A stretch of 64,000 nt of DNA, from assembly GCA_963601095.1 (NCBI GenBank), contig CAVCDZ010000132.1:8547-72546 (forward strand), read 5' to 3'. The notes under the pieces are model-generated. The model did not search any database, was not told the origin of the DNA, and saw only the letters and a list, made by a program, of their open reading frames with translations. Position 1 is the stretch's first letter, and each line of letters begins with the position of its first letter. Source of the stretch: Oscillibacter sp. MSJ-31 (GTDB taxonomy: Bacteria > Actinomycetota > Coriobacteriia > Coriobacteriales > Eggerthellaceae). The position numbers and the translations under genes were made by a program. Below are positions 37,440 to 47,250 of the stretch, one piece after another.

Positions 37440-37482
37440 GGCGGGCAGAAGCGTTTCCCATGCGCTTCTGCCCGCCTTTTTT
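37440..37482 (+). terminator. strong intrinsic terminator after aroE-like gene 1
   Basis: 14-bp perfect stem GGCGGGCAGAAGCG (37440-37453) / CGCTTCTGCCCGCC (37463-37476) followed by TTTTTT. Confidence 0.85.
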
Positions 37483-37617
37483 CTGCCGCGACCAGGGAAA
37501 CCCGCCATAATGAGTACCAGGAGAAACGCAGCGAGGTCTCGCCTAGCGCGAGTGCGCGCCGGCAACGTCAAGGGGATGACGGTACGCGGGCATCGCTGCC
37601 GGCACAGAGGGGGCTCC

Positions 37618-38796
37618 ATGAGGTGGCAAGAGGAGTACGAGCTCAAGCAAATCTCGATCGACCAGGTCTTCGAGCGGCATATCGTGGGCGGCGGGCAGAA
37701 GGTCTACACCGGCGGCCTGCATGTGCCCGTCACACTGACCAACGCGCTGCTCGATCGTGTCCGATCAGGCGCGCTTTCGGGCATCGACATCTACGGCAAC
37801 TGGATGAACGGCGACGTCACTTTCGCCGACCTCGACGTCACACCCGAGCAGTTCCGCTACCACACCTACTTCGCCGGCCCCAACGAGCGCACGGGCTTCG
37901 CCGCCGGATCGGGCTGCGTGACGCACATCCCCGTGCACTTCTCCGACACCAACCGCATGCTGGAAGAGATCGGACTCGACTACGCGATGGTGCAGATGAC
38001 GCCTCCTGACGAGCGTGGCATGTGCAACATCGGACCGCTCGGATTCGAGCAAGGGGCGCTGCGTGGGGCCAAACACCTGATCGCGCAGGTCAACCCTCGC
38101 CTGCCACGCGTCAACGGCGACTCACACAACGTGCCCGTCACCGCGATCGACGCCTTCGTGCTTCAAGAAGAGCAGCTCGAGGACACCACGACCGCCGCCC
38201 CGACGCCTGAGGAGGCACGGTGCGCGGAATGGATCGTCGACCGCATCAACGACGGCGACACCATCCAGCTGGGCATCGGCGGCATCCTGAACGCCATCGC
38301 CGCCGGGCTCGAGACCAAGCAGCATCTCGGCGTCTACACCGAGATGTTCTCCGACGCGTTCGTCGGCCTGCAGCAACGCGGCATCGTGGACAACTCCCGC
38401 AAAAGCTACTTTCCCGGCGTGTCCGTGGCAGGGTACTCGACCGGGACCCAGCGCCTCTACGACTTCATCAACGAGAACCCGGACATGTACTACTGCTCCT
38501 ATGAGACGGTCTGCAACCCGACCTGCATTGCGAAGAACGGCCGGGGCTTCATCGCCGTCACCAGCGTGGCGCACACCAAGAAGGGCCCCGTGTCGAAGAT
38601 CGTCCCGACACTCGCGCCCGGCAGCGCGGTCACCTCGCTACGCAACGATCTGCAGTACGTGGCCACCGAATACGGCGTGGCCGACCTGCGCTGGGCCGAC
38701 ATCCCGACTCGCGCCGCACGATTGATCGCCATCGCCCATCCCGATTTCCGCGATGAGCTGGCCTTCGAGGCCAAGCGGCTCGGGATGCTGTATTAG
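37618..38796 (+). CDS. acetyl-CoA hydrolase/transferase family (4-hydroxybutyrate CoA-transferase-like) protein, lacking an internal conserved segment
   Basis: ORF trimmed to ATG 37618 behind AGAGGGGG. Collinear with Cat2/AbfT-type transferases from memory (IQLGIGG, YTEMFSD, SKIVP, VTSLRN..YVATEYG, IAIAHPDFR). About 45 residues are missing between CIAKN and GRGFIAVTS. Confidence 0.75.
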   Translation: MRWQEEYELKQISIDQVFERHIVGGGQKVYTGGLHVPVTLTNALLDRVRSGALSGIDIYGNWMNGDVTFADLDVTPEQFRYHTYFAGPNERTGFAAGSGCVTHIPVHFSDTNRMLEEIGLDYAMVQMTPPDERGMCNIGPLGFEQGALRGAKHLIAQVNPRLPRVNGDSHNVPVTAIDAFVLQEEQLEDTTTAAPTPEEARCAEWIVDRINDGDTIQLGIGGILNAIAAGLETKQHLGVYTEMFSDAFVGLQQRGIVDNSRKSYFPGVSVAGYSTGTQRLYDFINENPDMYYCSYETVCNPTCIAKNGRGFIAVTSVAHTKKGPVSKIVPTLAPGSAVTSLRNDLQYVATEYGVADLRWADIPTRAARLIAIAHPDFRDELAFEAKRLGMLY

Positions 38797-38812
38797 GGCT
38801 GAAGGATAGGAG

Positions 38813-39802
38813 CTAGCGCTCGTCGGCCAGATGCGCTTGGAAGACCTCGATCTGCGCCTGCAGGGCGGCCGACTCTCGCGCCACCTGCTCGTCGGTCTGC
38901 GCGACCTTCGTCTCGAGCGCGGCGATCTGCTGGTCGATCTCCTTTTTCTGGAAGAACTTGTAGGGTTTGAGCGCGGCGCGCTGCCACTTGAGCTCCGCCA
39001 CCTGGTCGAGGAAGGCGCGTTTGCCCGAGCGACCCTCGACGTCGTTCTTATCGCGGATCAACTCGGCGATATCGTTTTTGATCAGGGACTTCTCGGCATC
39101 GGCGGTCAAATCGCCCGACGCGCGGCTTTCCTCGTACGAGGAAAGCTTCTCCTCGGCGCGCTTCTGCGCGGCAGCAGCCGCCTCAGCATCCTGCTTGTCG
39201 CGCTCGCCGATCCGCGCCGCGAGCGCGCGACGAAACGTCTCGCCGTAAGGCTCTTTGCCGTTGAATGAGGCGTAGGCGGTGTAGACCAAGCGGTCGCTCG
39301 GCATGATGCCCATCTTCGAGCGCAGGCAGAGGTTGGTGCATAGCGTCACCTCGCTCTCGATCAAGTCGGGGCTGAGGTCGGGCAGCTCGCGCAAAAGCCG
39401 CTCCCAGTCCATCATGATCGCGTGCACTTCCTTGGCGCCGGTATACGACGGCATCAGAAGCGCCGCCTCGAGGCGGGCGGAGATCTGCCGCTTGCGCGCC
39501 GCATAGATATCGGACGCTTCTTCGTACCGGCGCTCGTCGGGCACCAGGTTCATGGCGCGATAGGCCGCCTTGAGCGCCAGGTCAATATCGAAATCGAGCA
39601 TCTTGGAGTCCCACCCGCCGAACTTGGCGAGCAAGTTCCACGCACCCGGGTTTTCCGGGTCAACGGCAAGCACCTGATCGCACAGCTTCGCCACCGCCTC
39701 GGAGTCGTCGGCCTCATACGCCTCGTGCGCCTGTGACAAAAGCGCGCCAACCTCGGTGCTCTGCTCTGCGGAATCGCTTAACGCCTGGTCTCCGTCGTTC
39801 AT
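38813..39802 (-). CDS. hypothetical protein (TPR-like N-terminal part, coiled-coil C-terminal part)
   Basis: ORF trimmed to ATG 39802 (MNDGDQ) behind AGAGGGGGA. Coding-type codon bias. No family recognised. Confidence 0.6.
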   Translation of the reverse strand: MNDGDQALSDSAEQSTEVGALLSQAHEAYEADDSEAVAKLCDQVLAVDPENPGAWNLLAKFGGWDSKMLDFDIDLALKAAYRAMNLVPDERRYEEASDIYAARKRQISARLEAALLMPSYTGAKEVHAIMMDWERLLRELPDLSPDLIESEVTLCTNLCLRSKMGIMPSDRLVYTAYASFNGKEPYGETFRRALAARIGERDKQDAEAAAAAQKRAEEKLSSYEESRASGDLTADAEKSLIKNDIAELIRDKNDVEGRSGKRAFLDQVAELKWQRAALKPYKFFQKKEIDQQIAALETKVAQTDEQVARESAALQAQIEVFQAHLADER

Positions 39803-39959
39803 ATGCTTCAAATCCCCCTCTAAGATTCCCCTCTGCGCGCCCTGTCCGCTCCCTTGAGAAGAGCGAGGACACACCTTCTTTCTATTGTATTCGCCCGCTG
39901 CCGAGCACGTTCTTTCGCATTACGTTACCGACCTATTCAGGTGAGGTATACTTTCTGAC

Positions 39960-41009
39960 ATGGAGCTTCAGCAATTGAAATACTTCTGCATCATCGCCCA
40001 GTGTGAGAGCCTGACCAAGGCGGTCAAGAAGCTGCACATGTCGCAGCCGAGCCTGAGCCGCAGCCTGCGCTCGCTCGAGAAGGAACTGGGCACGCCGCTC
40101 TTCGATCGCGTCGGCCGCAACATCGTGCTCAACGATGCTGGGCGTTTCGCCCTGAAGCGCGCGCTTGGCGTGCTCGACTCCGCTGAAGCTATCAAGCACG
40201 ATATCGACAAGTTCCTCTACGACGGCAACCTGTCGGTCGACGTGTACTCGCCTGCGCCGATGGGTGCCGCCGACGACATCATCATCGGCTTCAAGAAGAA
40301 GTACCCGGACGTTCGCGTTCGCATGGCCTCATGGCCTTCCGAGCGGCTGAAGGACATCCAGCCGGGCATCACGTTTTTCGCGAGCCCGGTCGTGCACAAG
40401 GAGCCCAACTACCTGATGCTGGGCGAAGAGGACATCGTGCTTGCCGTGTCGAAGGACAGCCCGTTTGCCCAGCGCGAATCGGTTCGCCTCGCCGACCTGG
40501 AAAACGAGCGCTTCCTCAGCGTGCTTTCCGACTCGCCGTTCTACGAGCTGTGCGCGCAGATGTTTGCGCAGGCGGGCTTCGAGCCCCATATCGCGGCCGA
40601 GGATCAGGACCACAACCGCATCCTCACCTACACGGCCAACGATTTCGGCGTGGCGCTCGCGCCGTCGATCACCTGGCTGGGCAACTGGAAGCGCGCCGTG
40701 GCCGCGATCCCGATCAGCGATGTGCACCAGAAGCGCTACCTCTACCTCAAGTGGCCCGAGAACACGATGATGAACTGGGGCACCTTGCGCTTCCGCGACT
40801 ACCTGATCGAGTATTTCAACACCACGTACGGGTTCACCTGCAGCCTTGAAGCCACGCCGGATCCCGACCAGTCCGACGAGCCTGCCGACGAGCTGCCCGC
40901 GAAAGACACCCTCGAGGCGCATCTTGCCGACACCGCGCTGCATGCTCAAGCGCCCCGCGCCGCCGCCCCTGCACCTGAGGCAGCCACAGAACCGGCTCTG
41001 CGCCGCTAG
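39960..41009 (+). CDS. LysR-family transcriptional regulator with Pro/Ala/Asp-rich C-terminal tail
   Basis: HTH region (MELQQLKYFCIIAQCESLTKAVKKLHMSQPSLSRSLRSLEKELGTPLFDRVGR) plus a substrate-binding domain. Confidence 0.9.
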   Translation: MELQQLKYFCIIAQCESLTKAVKKLHMSQPSLSRSLRSLEKELGTPLFDRVGRNIVLNDAGRFALKRALGVLDSAEAIKHDIDKFLYDGNLSVDVYSPAPMGAADDIIIGFKKKYPDVRVRMASWPSERLKDIQPGITFFASPVVHKEPNYLMLGEEDIVLAVSKDSPFAQRESVRLADLENERFLSVLSDSPFYELCAQMFAQAGFEPHIAAEDQDHNRILTYTANDFGVALAPSITWLGNWKRAVAAIPISDVHQKRYLYLKWPENTMMNWGTLRFRDYLIEYFNTTYGFTCSLEATPDPDQSDEPADELPAKDTLEAHLADTALHAQAPRAAAPAPEAATEPALRR

Positions 41010-41210
41010 CCGCACGCGCCGCGTATCCGTCACACCCCGGCGGCTGTGCGCTCGCCGCGCTCGTCTCACGTCTCGCATCACCCTCGCTGTGCGCCCGCCG
41101 CTCCCGCCGTGCCCCGACCACACGTCCGCCGCGCCCGGGACGCCCGAGTCGCTCCAATCGCACATCCGCACCCGCCGTGCGCCCACCCAGTGCACCAAAA
41201 AGAGGGTTCC

Positions 41211-41363
41211 CTGCAGAATCGAGCCGATCCGCAACGATTTCGCTAGCCTCGGGTGCTCGCAAGACGCCCTTCGCCAGGCGTCATACAGGCCAAATGGTGC
41301 CTTTCGGCCGTTTTCCGCGCTTTGCGCGCCCCTACACCGTTGCGGATCGACCCAATTCTGCAG
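41211..41363. repeat. MITE-like palindromic element, family 1, copy B (inverted relative to copy A)
   Basis: Terminal inverted repeats CTGCAGAATCGAGCCGATCCGCAACG (41211-41236) and CGTTGCGGATCGACCCAATTCTGCAG (41338-41363). The interior, including GCGCGCAAAGCGCGGAAAACG, aligns to copy A in reverse orientation. Confidence 0.7.
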
Positions 41364-41485
41364 CACGACCTCATTTCGCAGCACTGGCGGCCAACCCCGG
41401 CATGCTGCGCCTCTCATCGCAACGTACCCGGCTTCCATCCCCGCCGCGCCCCGACCGCACGTCCACCGCGTTGCCCCTCCCCGTA

Positions 41486-41523
41486 CAAAAAGAGGGCCGC
41501 ACCGGGTTTTCCCAGCGCGGCCC
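41486..41523 (-). terminator. intrinsic terminator after the TRAP operon
   Basis: On the minus strand: GGGCCGCGCTGGG-AAAA-CCCGGTGCGGCCC (41523-41494) followed by TCTTTTT. Confidence 0.7.
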
Positions 41524-41564
41524 TGCTTTCAAGCCGATCAGATGAGGCTGCTAAAGCGTCACCC

Positions 41565-42665
41565 TTATTTCTCGGTCTTCTTCAACTCGTCGAGCATCGT
41601 GGTGCTCAGGCCGTTGGTCTGAGAATCGATGTCGCTGTAGAGCTTCTGGACATCAGCGTTTGCGAGGATGTCGCTGTAGAAGGAGTCGTCATACTCGATG
41701 ACCTGGACGCCGGCATCCTTCATGGTCTGGATGTTGGTGTCGTTCATGTCGGCGAGCTTCGGACGCATGGTGTCGGTGGCCTCAGAGATAGCCTGGGTCA
41801 GAGCTTCCTGATACGCAGGATCCAGGTTGTCCCAGCAGTCCTTGTTGATGGAGATGTTGTTGGTGTACAGGATGTGGTTGGTCATAGCCAGGTACTTCTG
41901 GACCTCCTGGAGGCTGGCGCCTACGCAGGTGTCAGCAGCGTTTTCCTGACCGTCAACGGTGCCGTTCTGGAGGGCGAAGTAAACCTCAGACCAAGCCAGC
42001 GGAGTGGGCTCAGCGCCAATGGCCTTCCAGAAAGCCATGTGGTTGGAGTTCTCCATGGTGCGGATCTGGAAGCCCTTGAAGTCAGCGAGCGTCGACAGGT
42101 CGCGGTTAGCGGTGGTCTCACGGAAGGTGCCGTTCTGCAGCCAACCGAGGTTGTGCAGGCCAGCAGACTCGTAGGAGGACTGCAGCTTGGTGGTGAAGTC
42201 GTTCTCACCGTTCAGGACGGTTTCGATCTGGTCGCCGTCATAGGTTGCGAATGCCATCGGGGCATCGAAGACAGCCAGGTCGGACACGAACGAAACCATC
42301 GGGGCAGGCTGGGCGATAACCATCTGGATATCGTTGGACTGCTCCTGGCGCAGCAGGTCGGTGTCGCCACCGAGCTCGCCGGTGCCATGGTAATCGACGT
42401 TGAGCTTGCCGCCGGTGATCTCCTTAGCCTTGTCGGCTACGGCCTGGCCCCACTGGTTGCCCGCGGAGTCCTTGGACGTGCTGTCCGCAAGGATCAGCGT
42501 CACGGAGTCAAGATCGGCGTACTTGTCGTCTCCACCGCTCGAAGATGAGCTGGAGCTGTTGTCCCCACCGCAGCCGGCAAGACCGAGCAGGGCGGCGGCC
42601 ATCAGGGCGGCGATGGCCAAGAATGCGAGGTGTTTGGTCTTCATGACCTTTGCTTTTGCTTTCAT
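41565..42665 (-). CDS. dctP: TRAP transporter substrate-binding lipoprotein (DctP family)
   Basis: ORF trimmed to ATG 42665 behind AAAGGAGAAAGAGGG. Has a lipobox (LLGLAGCGG) and the DctP-family pattern. The symbol is family-level only. Confidence 0.9.
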   Translation of the reverse strand: MKAKAKVMKTKHLAFLAIAALMAAALLGLAGCGGDNSSSSSSSGGDDKYADLDSVTLILADSTSKDSAGNQWGQAVADKAKEITGGKLNVDYHGTGELGGDTDLLRQEQSNDIQMVIAQPAPMVSFVSDLAVFDAPMAFATYDGDQIETVLNGENDFTTKLQSSYESAGLHNLGWLQNGTFRETTANRDLSTLADFKGFQIRTMENSNHMAFWKAIGAEPTPLAWSEVYFALQNGTVDGQENAADTCVGASLQEVQKYLAMTNHILYTNNISINKDCWDNLDPAYQEALTQAISEATDTMRPKLADMNDTNIQTMKDAGVQVIEYDDSFYSDILANADVQKLYSDIDSQTNGLSTTMLDELKKTEK

Positions 42666-42720
42666 TTCCCTCTTTCTCCTTTCTAAGCGTTTTCCCCGAA
42701 ACGCTTGGATACCACTATTG

Positions 42721-44010
42721 TTAGCCCAGGAAGGCCAGCGAGAACCACGGCACGTACACGATGAGCACAAGCGCGATCAGGAACGAGATGATGAACGGGA
42801 CGGCGCGAACCGCGATGTCCATCGGCTTTTCCTGCGCGAGGTTGCCCACGACGAAGAGGTTCAAGCCGAACGGCGGGGTGGCCAGGCCGATAGCGAGGCA
42901 GCACACCAGGACGACGCCGAAGTGAACCGGATCGATGCCCATGGCCTGCATCGCAGGCAGCAGGATCGGTGCCAGGATGATGATGGCCGGGCCGGTGTCC
43001 ATGACCATGCCGAGGATCAGGAACAGGACAGTGCAGAACGTGAGTGCCAGCATCGCCGTGCCGAACGTCGACGTGATGAACGTGGTGATGGCGGCCGATG
43101 CGCCGGTCAGCGAGAGCACGCGGCCGAATGCCGTGGCGAACGCGAGGACGAAGGCCAGACCACCGTAGGTGCGGACTGCCGTGGACATGATGCCCAGGAT
43201 GTCCTTGAACTTGATGGTGCGATAGATGAACAGCGAGACGATCAGAGCGTAGAACACGCTGATGCAGGCAGCCTCGGTCGGCGTCACAATGCCGGCATAG
43301 ATGCCGCCCAGGACGATGATCGGGCAGAGCAGCGCAGGCAAGCTGTCGATGAACAGATGACCCAGGCCGCTGGCCTTCAGCTCGTTGATGGCCGTGTCGA
43401 TCTTCTCGCGATCCTCACCCTTGCGCTTGCAGTGGATGACGCAGTAGGCCATCAGCACGAGCGCGATCAGGATGCCCGGCAGGATGCCGCCGAGGAACAG
43501 GTCGCCGGTGGAAACGCCGGTGGCCAGCGAGTAGAGAACGAACGGAATGGACGGCGGGATGATGACGCCGAGACCGCCGGCAACGACGACCATGCCCGAG
43601 CTCCACTTACGGTCGTAGCCGAGGCTGACCAAGAACGGGATGCACATGGAGCCGACGGCGGCTGCGGTCGCGGGACCGGAACCGGAGATAGCGCCATAGA
43701 ACAGGCAGGTTGCGATAACCGCGCAGGGCACGCCACCGTAGAAACGGCCGATGAAGAAGGCGAAGAAGCTGAAGAGCTTCTGCGAAATGCCGCCCTCTGC
43801 CATGATGATGCCGCCGAAGATGAACAGCGGAACCGCCAGGATAGGCGTCGAGTTAGCGCCGGAGAAGCCGTTGGTCACCAACTGGGTGATGTTGCCGCCG
43901 ACGCCGGTGATCGCGATAGGAGCCAAGCTGCCTGCGACCATTGCGACTGCAATCGGCACGGACAGCGCGATTGCAACCAGGAATACTACGAATACAAGTA
44001 CTGCAGGCAT
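42721..44010 (-). CDS. dctM: TRAP transporter large permease (DctM family)
   Basis: 429 aa and polytopic, with the DctM pattern. Its ATG overlaps the dctQ stop (TAATG). Confidence 0.9.
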   Translation of the reverse strand: MPAVLVFVVFLVAIALSVPIAVAMVAGSLAPIAITGVGGNITQLVTNGFSGANSTPILAVPLFIFGGIIMAEGGISQKLFSFFAFFIGRFYGGVPCAVIATCLFYGAISGSGPATAAAVGSMCIPFLVSLGYDRKWSSGMVVVAGGLGVIIPPSIPFVLYSLATGVSTGDLFLGGILPGILIALVLMAYCVIHCKRKGEDREKIDTAINELKASGLGHLFIDSLPALLCPIIVLGGIYAGIVTPTEAACISVFYALIVSLFIYRTIKFKDILGIMSTAVRTYGGLAFVLAFATAFGRVLSLTGASAAITTFITSTFGTAMLALTFCTVLFLILGMVMDTGPAIIILAPILLPAMQAMGIDPVHFGVVLVCCLAIGLATPPFGLNLFVVGNLAQEKPMDIAVRAVPFIISFLIALVLIVYVPWFSLAFLG

Positions 44011-44609
44011 TACTTGTCACCCCTCTCAATCGCCGCGGTATCCGACTTCGAGGCGCGCAGGGCGTCGTCCGTCGAGAAATTGCCGGATGAAAGCTCGAAT
44101 TCCATCTGCTCTTCAGTGGAAGACTTGGGCTCGATGTTGATGTGCTTGATGTGAATGATGAACATCTGGATGCTTCGCAGAGCAGCGAGCACGAATCCGA
44201 TGAGGACCAACGCATAGAGGATCCACATCGGGAACATCATTGCCGGTGACAGTTCACCGCTCGCGAGAATGCGCTGCAGCACGATGAACGAGTAGTACGA
44301 CAGCACCGCCATCATCGCGAACGTAACCACGTCGACAATGATGTTCATGATGTTGCGCAACTTCCAGGGAAGGATGTCGATGAGGGCGGTTACCCTCAGC
44401 ATCGTTTCCGTTCGGATAGTGTAGGGCAGCGATAGGAACACGGTCGCGATCCACAGGAAGCGGCACATCTCCTCTGCCCAAGTCAGTGATGGAATGAATG
44501 AGACATTGCGGCAGACAACCTGCATCAGCTCGACGCAGGAGATCAGCGCGAGGAGGAAGATCAGTATCGCCTCCTCAAAGTGCTCATCCAGCCACTTAAT
44601 AACTTTCAT
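44010..44609 (-). CDS. dctQ: TRAP transporter small permease (DctQ family) with ~40-aa hydrophilic C-terminal tail
   Basis: Four hydrophobic helices, a typical DctQ N-terminus (MKVIKWLDEHFEEAILIFLL), and position ahead of dctM. Confidence 0.85.
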   Translation of the reverse strand: MKVIKWLDEHFEEAILIFLLALISCVELMQVVCRNVSFIPSLTWAEEMCRFLWIATVFLSLPYTIRTETMLRVTALIDILPWKLRNIMNIIVDVVTFAMMAVLSYYSFIVLQRILASGELSPAMMFPMWILYALVLIGFVLAALRSIQMFIIHIKHINIEPKSSTEEQMEFELSSGNFSTDDALRASKSDTAAIERGDK

Positions 44610-44873
44610 TCTTTACTTTCACCCCCATTTTGATAGCGAACGACCCCAAAAGAAGCGAAGCATGAAACCATACCCCGACCTGTTTCCTGCAGAACAGCGA
44701 TCCCCATTGCCGAACTGCCAAGGTCGTTCTTTCCCTCTTGCGACGATCCCCGCCCTACAGAAAAGCCGCCTTGAAGGGCAGCTTCCGAATGGATTGAACG
44801 GGTCGTCGTCGCCTTGTGTATAAAGTATAGAGATCACATGACGAGTTAATGTTCCAAAAAACGCCGTCGATTA

Positions 44874-44888
44874 ATTCACCGCATGAAT
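44874..44888. promoter_or_regulatory. candidate LysR-type (T-N11-A) binding site upstream of the TRAP operon
   Basis: Dyad ATTCA-CCGCA-TGAAT contains T-N11-A. It is centred ~52 nt upstream of a minus-strand TATACT box (44829-24). Confidence 0.35.
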
Positions 44889-45057
44889 AGCTTGCGCACC
44901 GCAAATGGATAACGCGATTCCGCATCTATCTGGCGCATGAGTTTGCGCAATCCATAACGATCGTTAATAAAAGCGTCAAGGGGAGCCCTCGCGCGAAGAG
45001 ATGAACCACCCTTCGGAAAAATGAAAGCCCCTTTTTGGGGCTGGTGGCGGCCTTTCC

Positions 45058-45918
45058 CTAGTTCAGCCGCTCTTTTAAGAATTCTCGCAGCGCGATGACC
45101 GACGACGAGGGGACCGCGCCGATCGGGCAGCGCGCGTAGATGTTGCGCGTCCGCACGACGTCTTCGATGGGCACCGCGACGAACGAACCTGCCGGCCACC
45201 CGCCTAACCAGGTCTTTTCGGGGCCGATCGCGATGCCGAGGCCCTCGCGCACGAACCCCAGCACGTCGGTGTAGATCGTCAGCTCGGAGCCGATGCGCGG
45301 GCTGAACCCCGCCGCCTGAAACATCTCGTCGATCATCGAGCGCAGCCCACTCGCCGCCGGAAGGATGAAGACCTCGTCGCGCAGCTCCCCCACCCGCACG
45401 CTCGTGCGCGACGCCAGGCGATGGCCCACCGGCAGGATCGCGGCCAGGCGCTCGTTTCCCAAGAAGGAGGCCTCTGGGTCGTTGGAGAGCGCCTCGGAAG
45501 TGAACAGCTCGAGGTCGTATTTGATTCCCGGGTCGCTTTCCTGGGCGGAGAGGAAATGCAGCACCACCTCAGGATGCACGCGTTTGAACTGGGCGGGGAT
45601 GTTGCCCGGGCGCCCCAGCGGACAGCGCGGCAGAAGGTCGATCACCGTCTTTTCCGCTTCCTGCCTGCCCGCGATCTCGATTCGCGCCGTCTCCAAGGCG
45701 CGCAGAGCACGCCCCGAATAGCGCAGGAGAATGCGACCGTTTTCGTTGAGGACGATGTTGCGACCGACGCGGTCGAAGAGCGGTGCGCCCACCTCATGCT
45801 CGAGCTGGCTGATCGTGCGGCTCAGCGCAGGCTGCGAGACGTGGAGCAGCGAGGCCGCGCGCGTGATGCTCGACACCTCGGCCACGACTTTGAAGTATTC
45901 GATCTTGCGAAAGTCCAC
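45058..45918 (-). CDS. LysR-family transcriptional regulator
   Basis: GTG start at 45918, 7 nt after AGGAGGAG. HTH region (DFRKIEYFKVVAEVSSITRAASLLHVSQPALSRTISQLEHEVGAPLFDRVGR). It diverges from the esterase-MFS pair and is co-directional with the TRAP operon. Confidence 0.9.
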   Translation of the reverse strand: MDFRKIEYFKVVAEVSSITRAASLLHVSQPALSRTISQLEHEVGAPLFDRVGRNIVLNENGRILLRYSGRALRALETARIEIAGRQEAEKTVIDLLPRCPLGRPGNIPAQFKRVHPEVVLHFLSAQESDPGIKYDLELFTSEALSNDPEASFLGNERLAAILPVGHRLASRTSVRVGELRDEVFILPAASGLRSMIDEMFQAAGFSPRIGSELTIYTDVLGFVREGLGIAIGPEKTWLGGWPAGSFVAVPIEDVVRTRNIYARCPIGAVPSSSVIALREFLKERLN

Positions 45919-46201
45919 GGCTCGTCTCCTCCTGGGTGATTCGTGCGGTGCGCCGCAGCAGGCCCTGCGCCGCACGCGCCGCGGGGCTACGGCCCGACCA
46001 CATCACCCTATCGGCCCCGTGTTCGCGCGCCGCCGCACGTCCGCGTTTGCCGCAGGCATCGTGTTCGCGTGCTGCCACACTGCCGCATCGGCCCCGCGCT
46101 CGCGCGCCGCTCACAACTCTTCCACTTTATGCAAGTGTTTATACCGATCTATATATTTGTAATTATATATGACCCTTTCTAGTATCAGGGCACACAGGAA
46201 T

Positions 46202-46215
46202 GTGAACGCGTTCAC
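46202..46215. promoter_or_regulatory. perfect 14-bp palindrome (candidate operator) between AT-rich promoter region and esterase RBS
   Basis: GTGAACGCGTTCAC. An AT-rich stretch, TATATATTTGTAATTATATATG, lies 30-60 nt upstream. The esterase ATG is at 46248. Confidence 0.35.
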
Positions 46216-46247
46216 GAGGGAGTTCCTGCCAACTTTAGGAGGGTTTC

Positions 46248-47240
46248 ATGCAATTCGACCACTATCGCTGCGTGCCCGAGCCGCTCGGCGGCGACTGGAC
46301 GGGACGGGAAATCGATCCCGCGCAGTTCAAACGCGCCTGGTTCAACGTCCCCTACGCCGACCAAACGTCGACCCAGCAGCTCGACGTCGTCTTACCCGAC
46401 GAGGGCGACGGACCGTTTCCCGTCATCTTCTACATCCACGGCGGCGGCTGGCTGTCCGGCGACAAGCGCGCCGACACCATCACCGGCCTCTACAAGGCGC
46501 CCACACAGGGCTATGCCGTGGTGGCGATCAACTACCGCTATGCGTCCGAGGCCTTCTGGCCGGCGCAGATCTTCGATGCCAAGGCCGCGCTGCGCTTCAT
46601 CCGCGCGCACGCCGAAGAGTTCTCGCTCGACACCTCGCGGATCGTCGCCTGGGGCAATTCCGCCGGCGGGCACATCGCCAACATGCTCGCTGCCACCGGC
46701 GCCTCCGGTGTCTTGGAGGACAAGTACCAGGGCAACCCCGAGCAGACCTGCGAGATCTCAGGCCTGGTGAGCTGGTATGCGCCGATCGACCTCTACGCCG
46801 CCGACATCGCCGATCAGCTCGGCGACGGTTACCACCCGCTCGATCCCGAGCACGCCGTCGACGCCAAGCTCACCAACCTCGACGGTGCGCTGCTCGTGCC
46901 CCAGTCGCGGCTTTTGGGCTTCGTGCCACGCAAGCACCGCGCCGCAAGCGCCATGGCCAGCCCGATCGAGTTCGTCGACGACGACTTCCCACCGGCGCTC
47001 TACCAACACGGCCGCGAGGACTCGGCCGTCCCATGGACCCAGTCGGTCAGCATGGCGCGGCGTGTCAACGACGCCTGCGGCGAGGGCACGGCGACGTTCG
47101 AGCTGTTCGCCGGCGAGCATGGGTCGCCGCTCATCAAGGTCGACGAGAACATCGACCGCTGCCTTGACTTCATCGAGCAGGCCATCGGCGGCGCGCCCCA
47201 GCCGCGCACGCCGCCGCCCGCGTCGATCGCCCTACGTTAA
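46248..47240 (+). CDS. alpha/beta-hydrolase esterase (HGGG / GxSxG, family IV-like)
   Basis: Oxyanion motif (IHGGGW) and nucleophile elbow (GNSAGGH). RBS TAGGAGGG. Confidence 0.85.
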   Translation: MQFDHYRCVPEPLGGDWTGREIDPAQFKRAWFNVPYADQTSTQQLDVVLPDEGDGPFPVIFYIHGGGWLSGDKRADTITGLYKAPTQGYAVVAINYRYASEAFWPAQIFDAKAALRFIRAHAEEFSLDTSRIVAWGNSAGGHIANMLAATGASGVLEDKYQGNPEQTCEISGLVSWYAPIDLYAADIADQLGDGYHPLDPEHAVDAKLTNLDGALLVPQSRLLGFVPRKHRAASAMASPIEFVDDDFPPALYQHGREDSAVPWTQSVSMARRVNDACGEGTATFELFAGEHGSPLIKVDENIDRCLDFIEQAIGGAPQPRTPPPASIALR

Positions 47241-47250
47241 AGGAGGAGTC

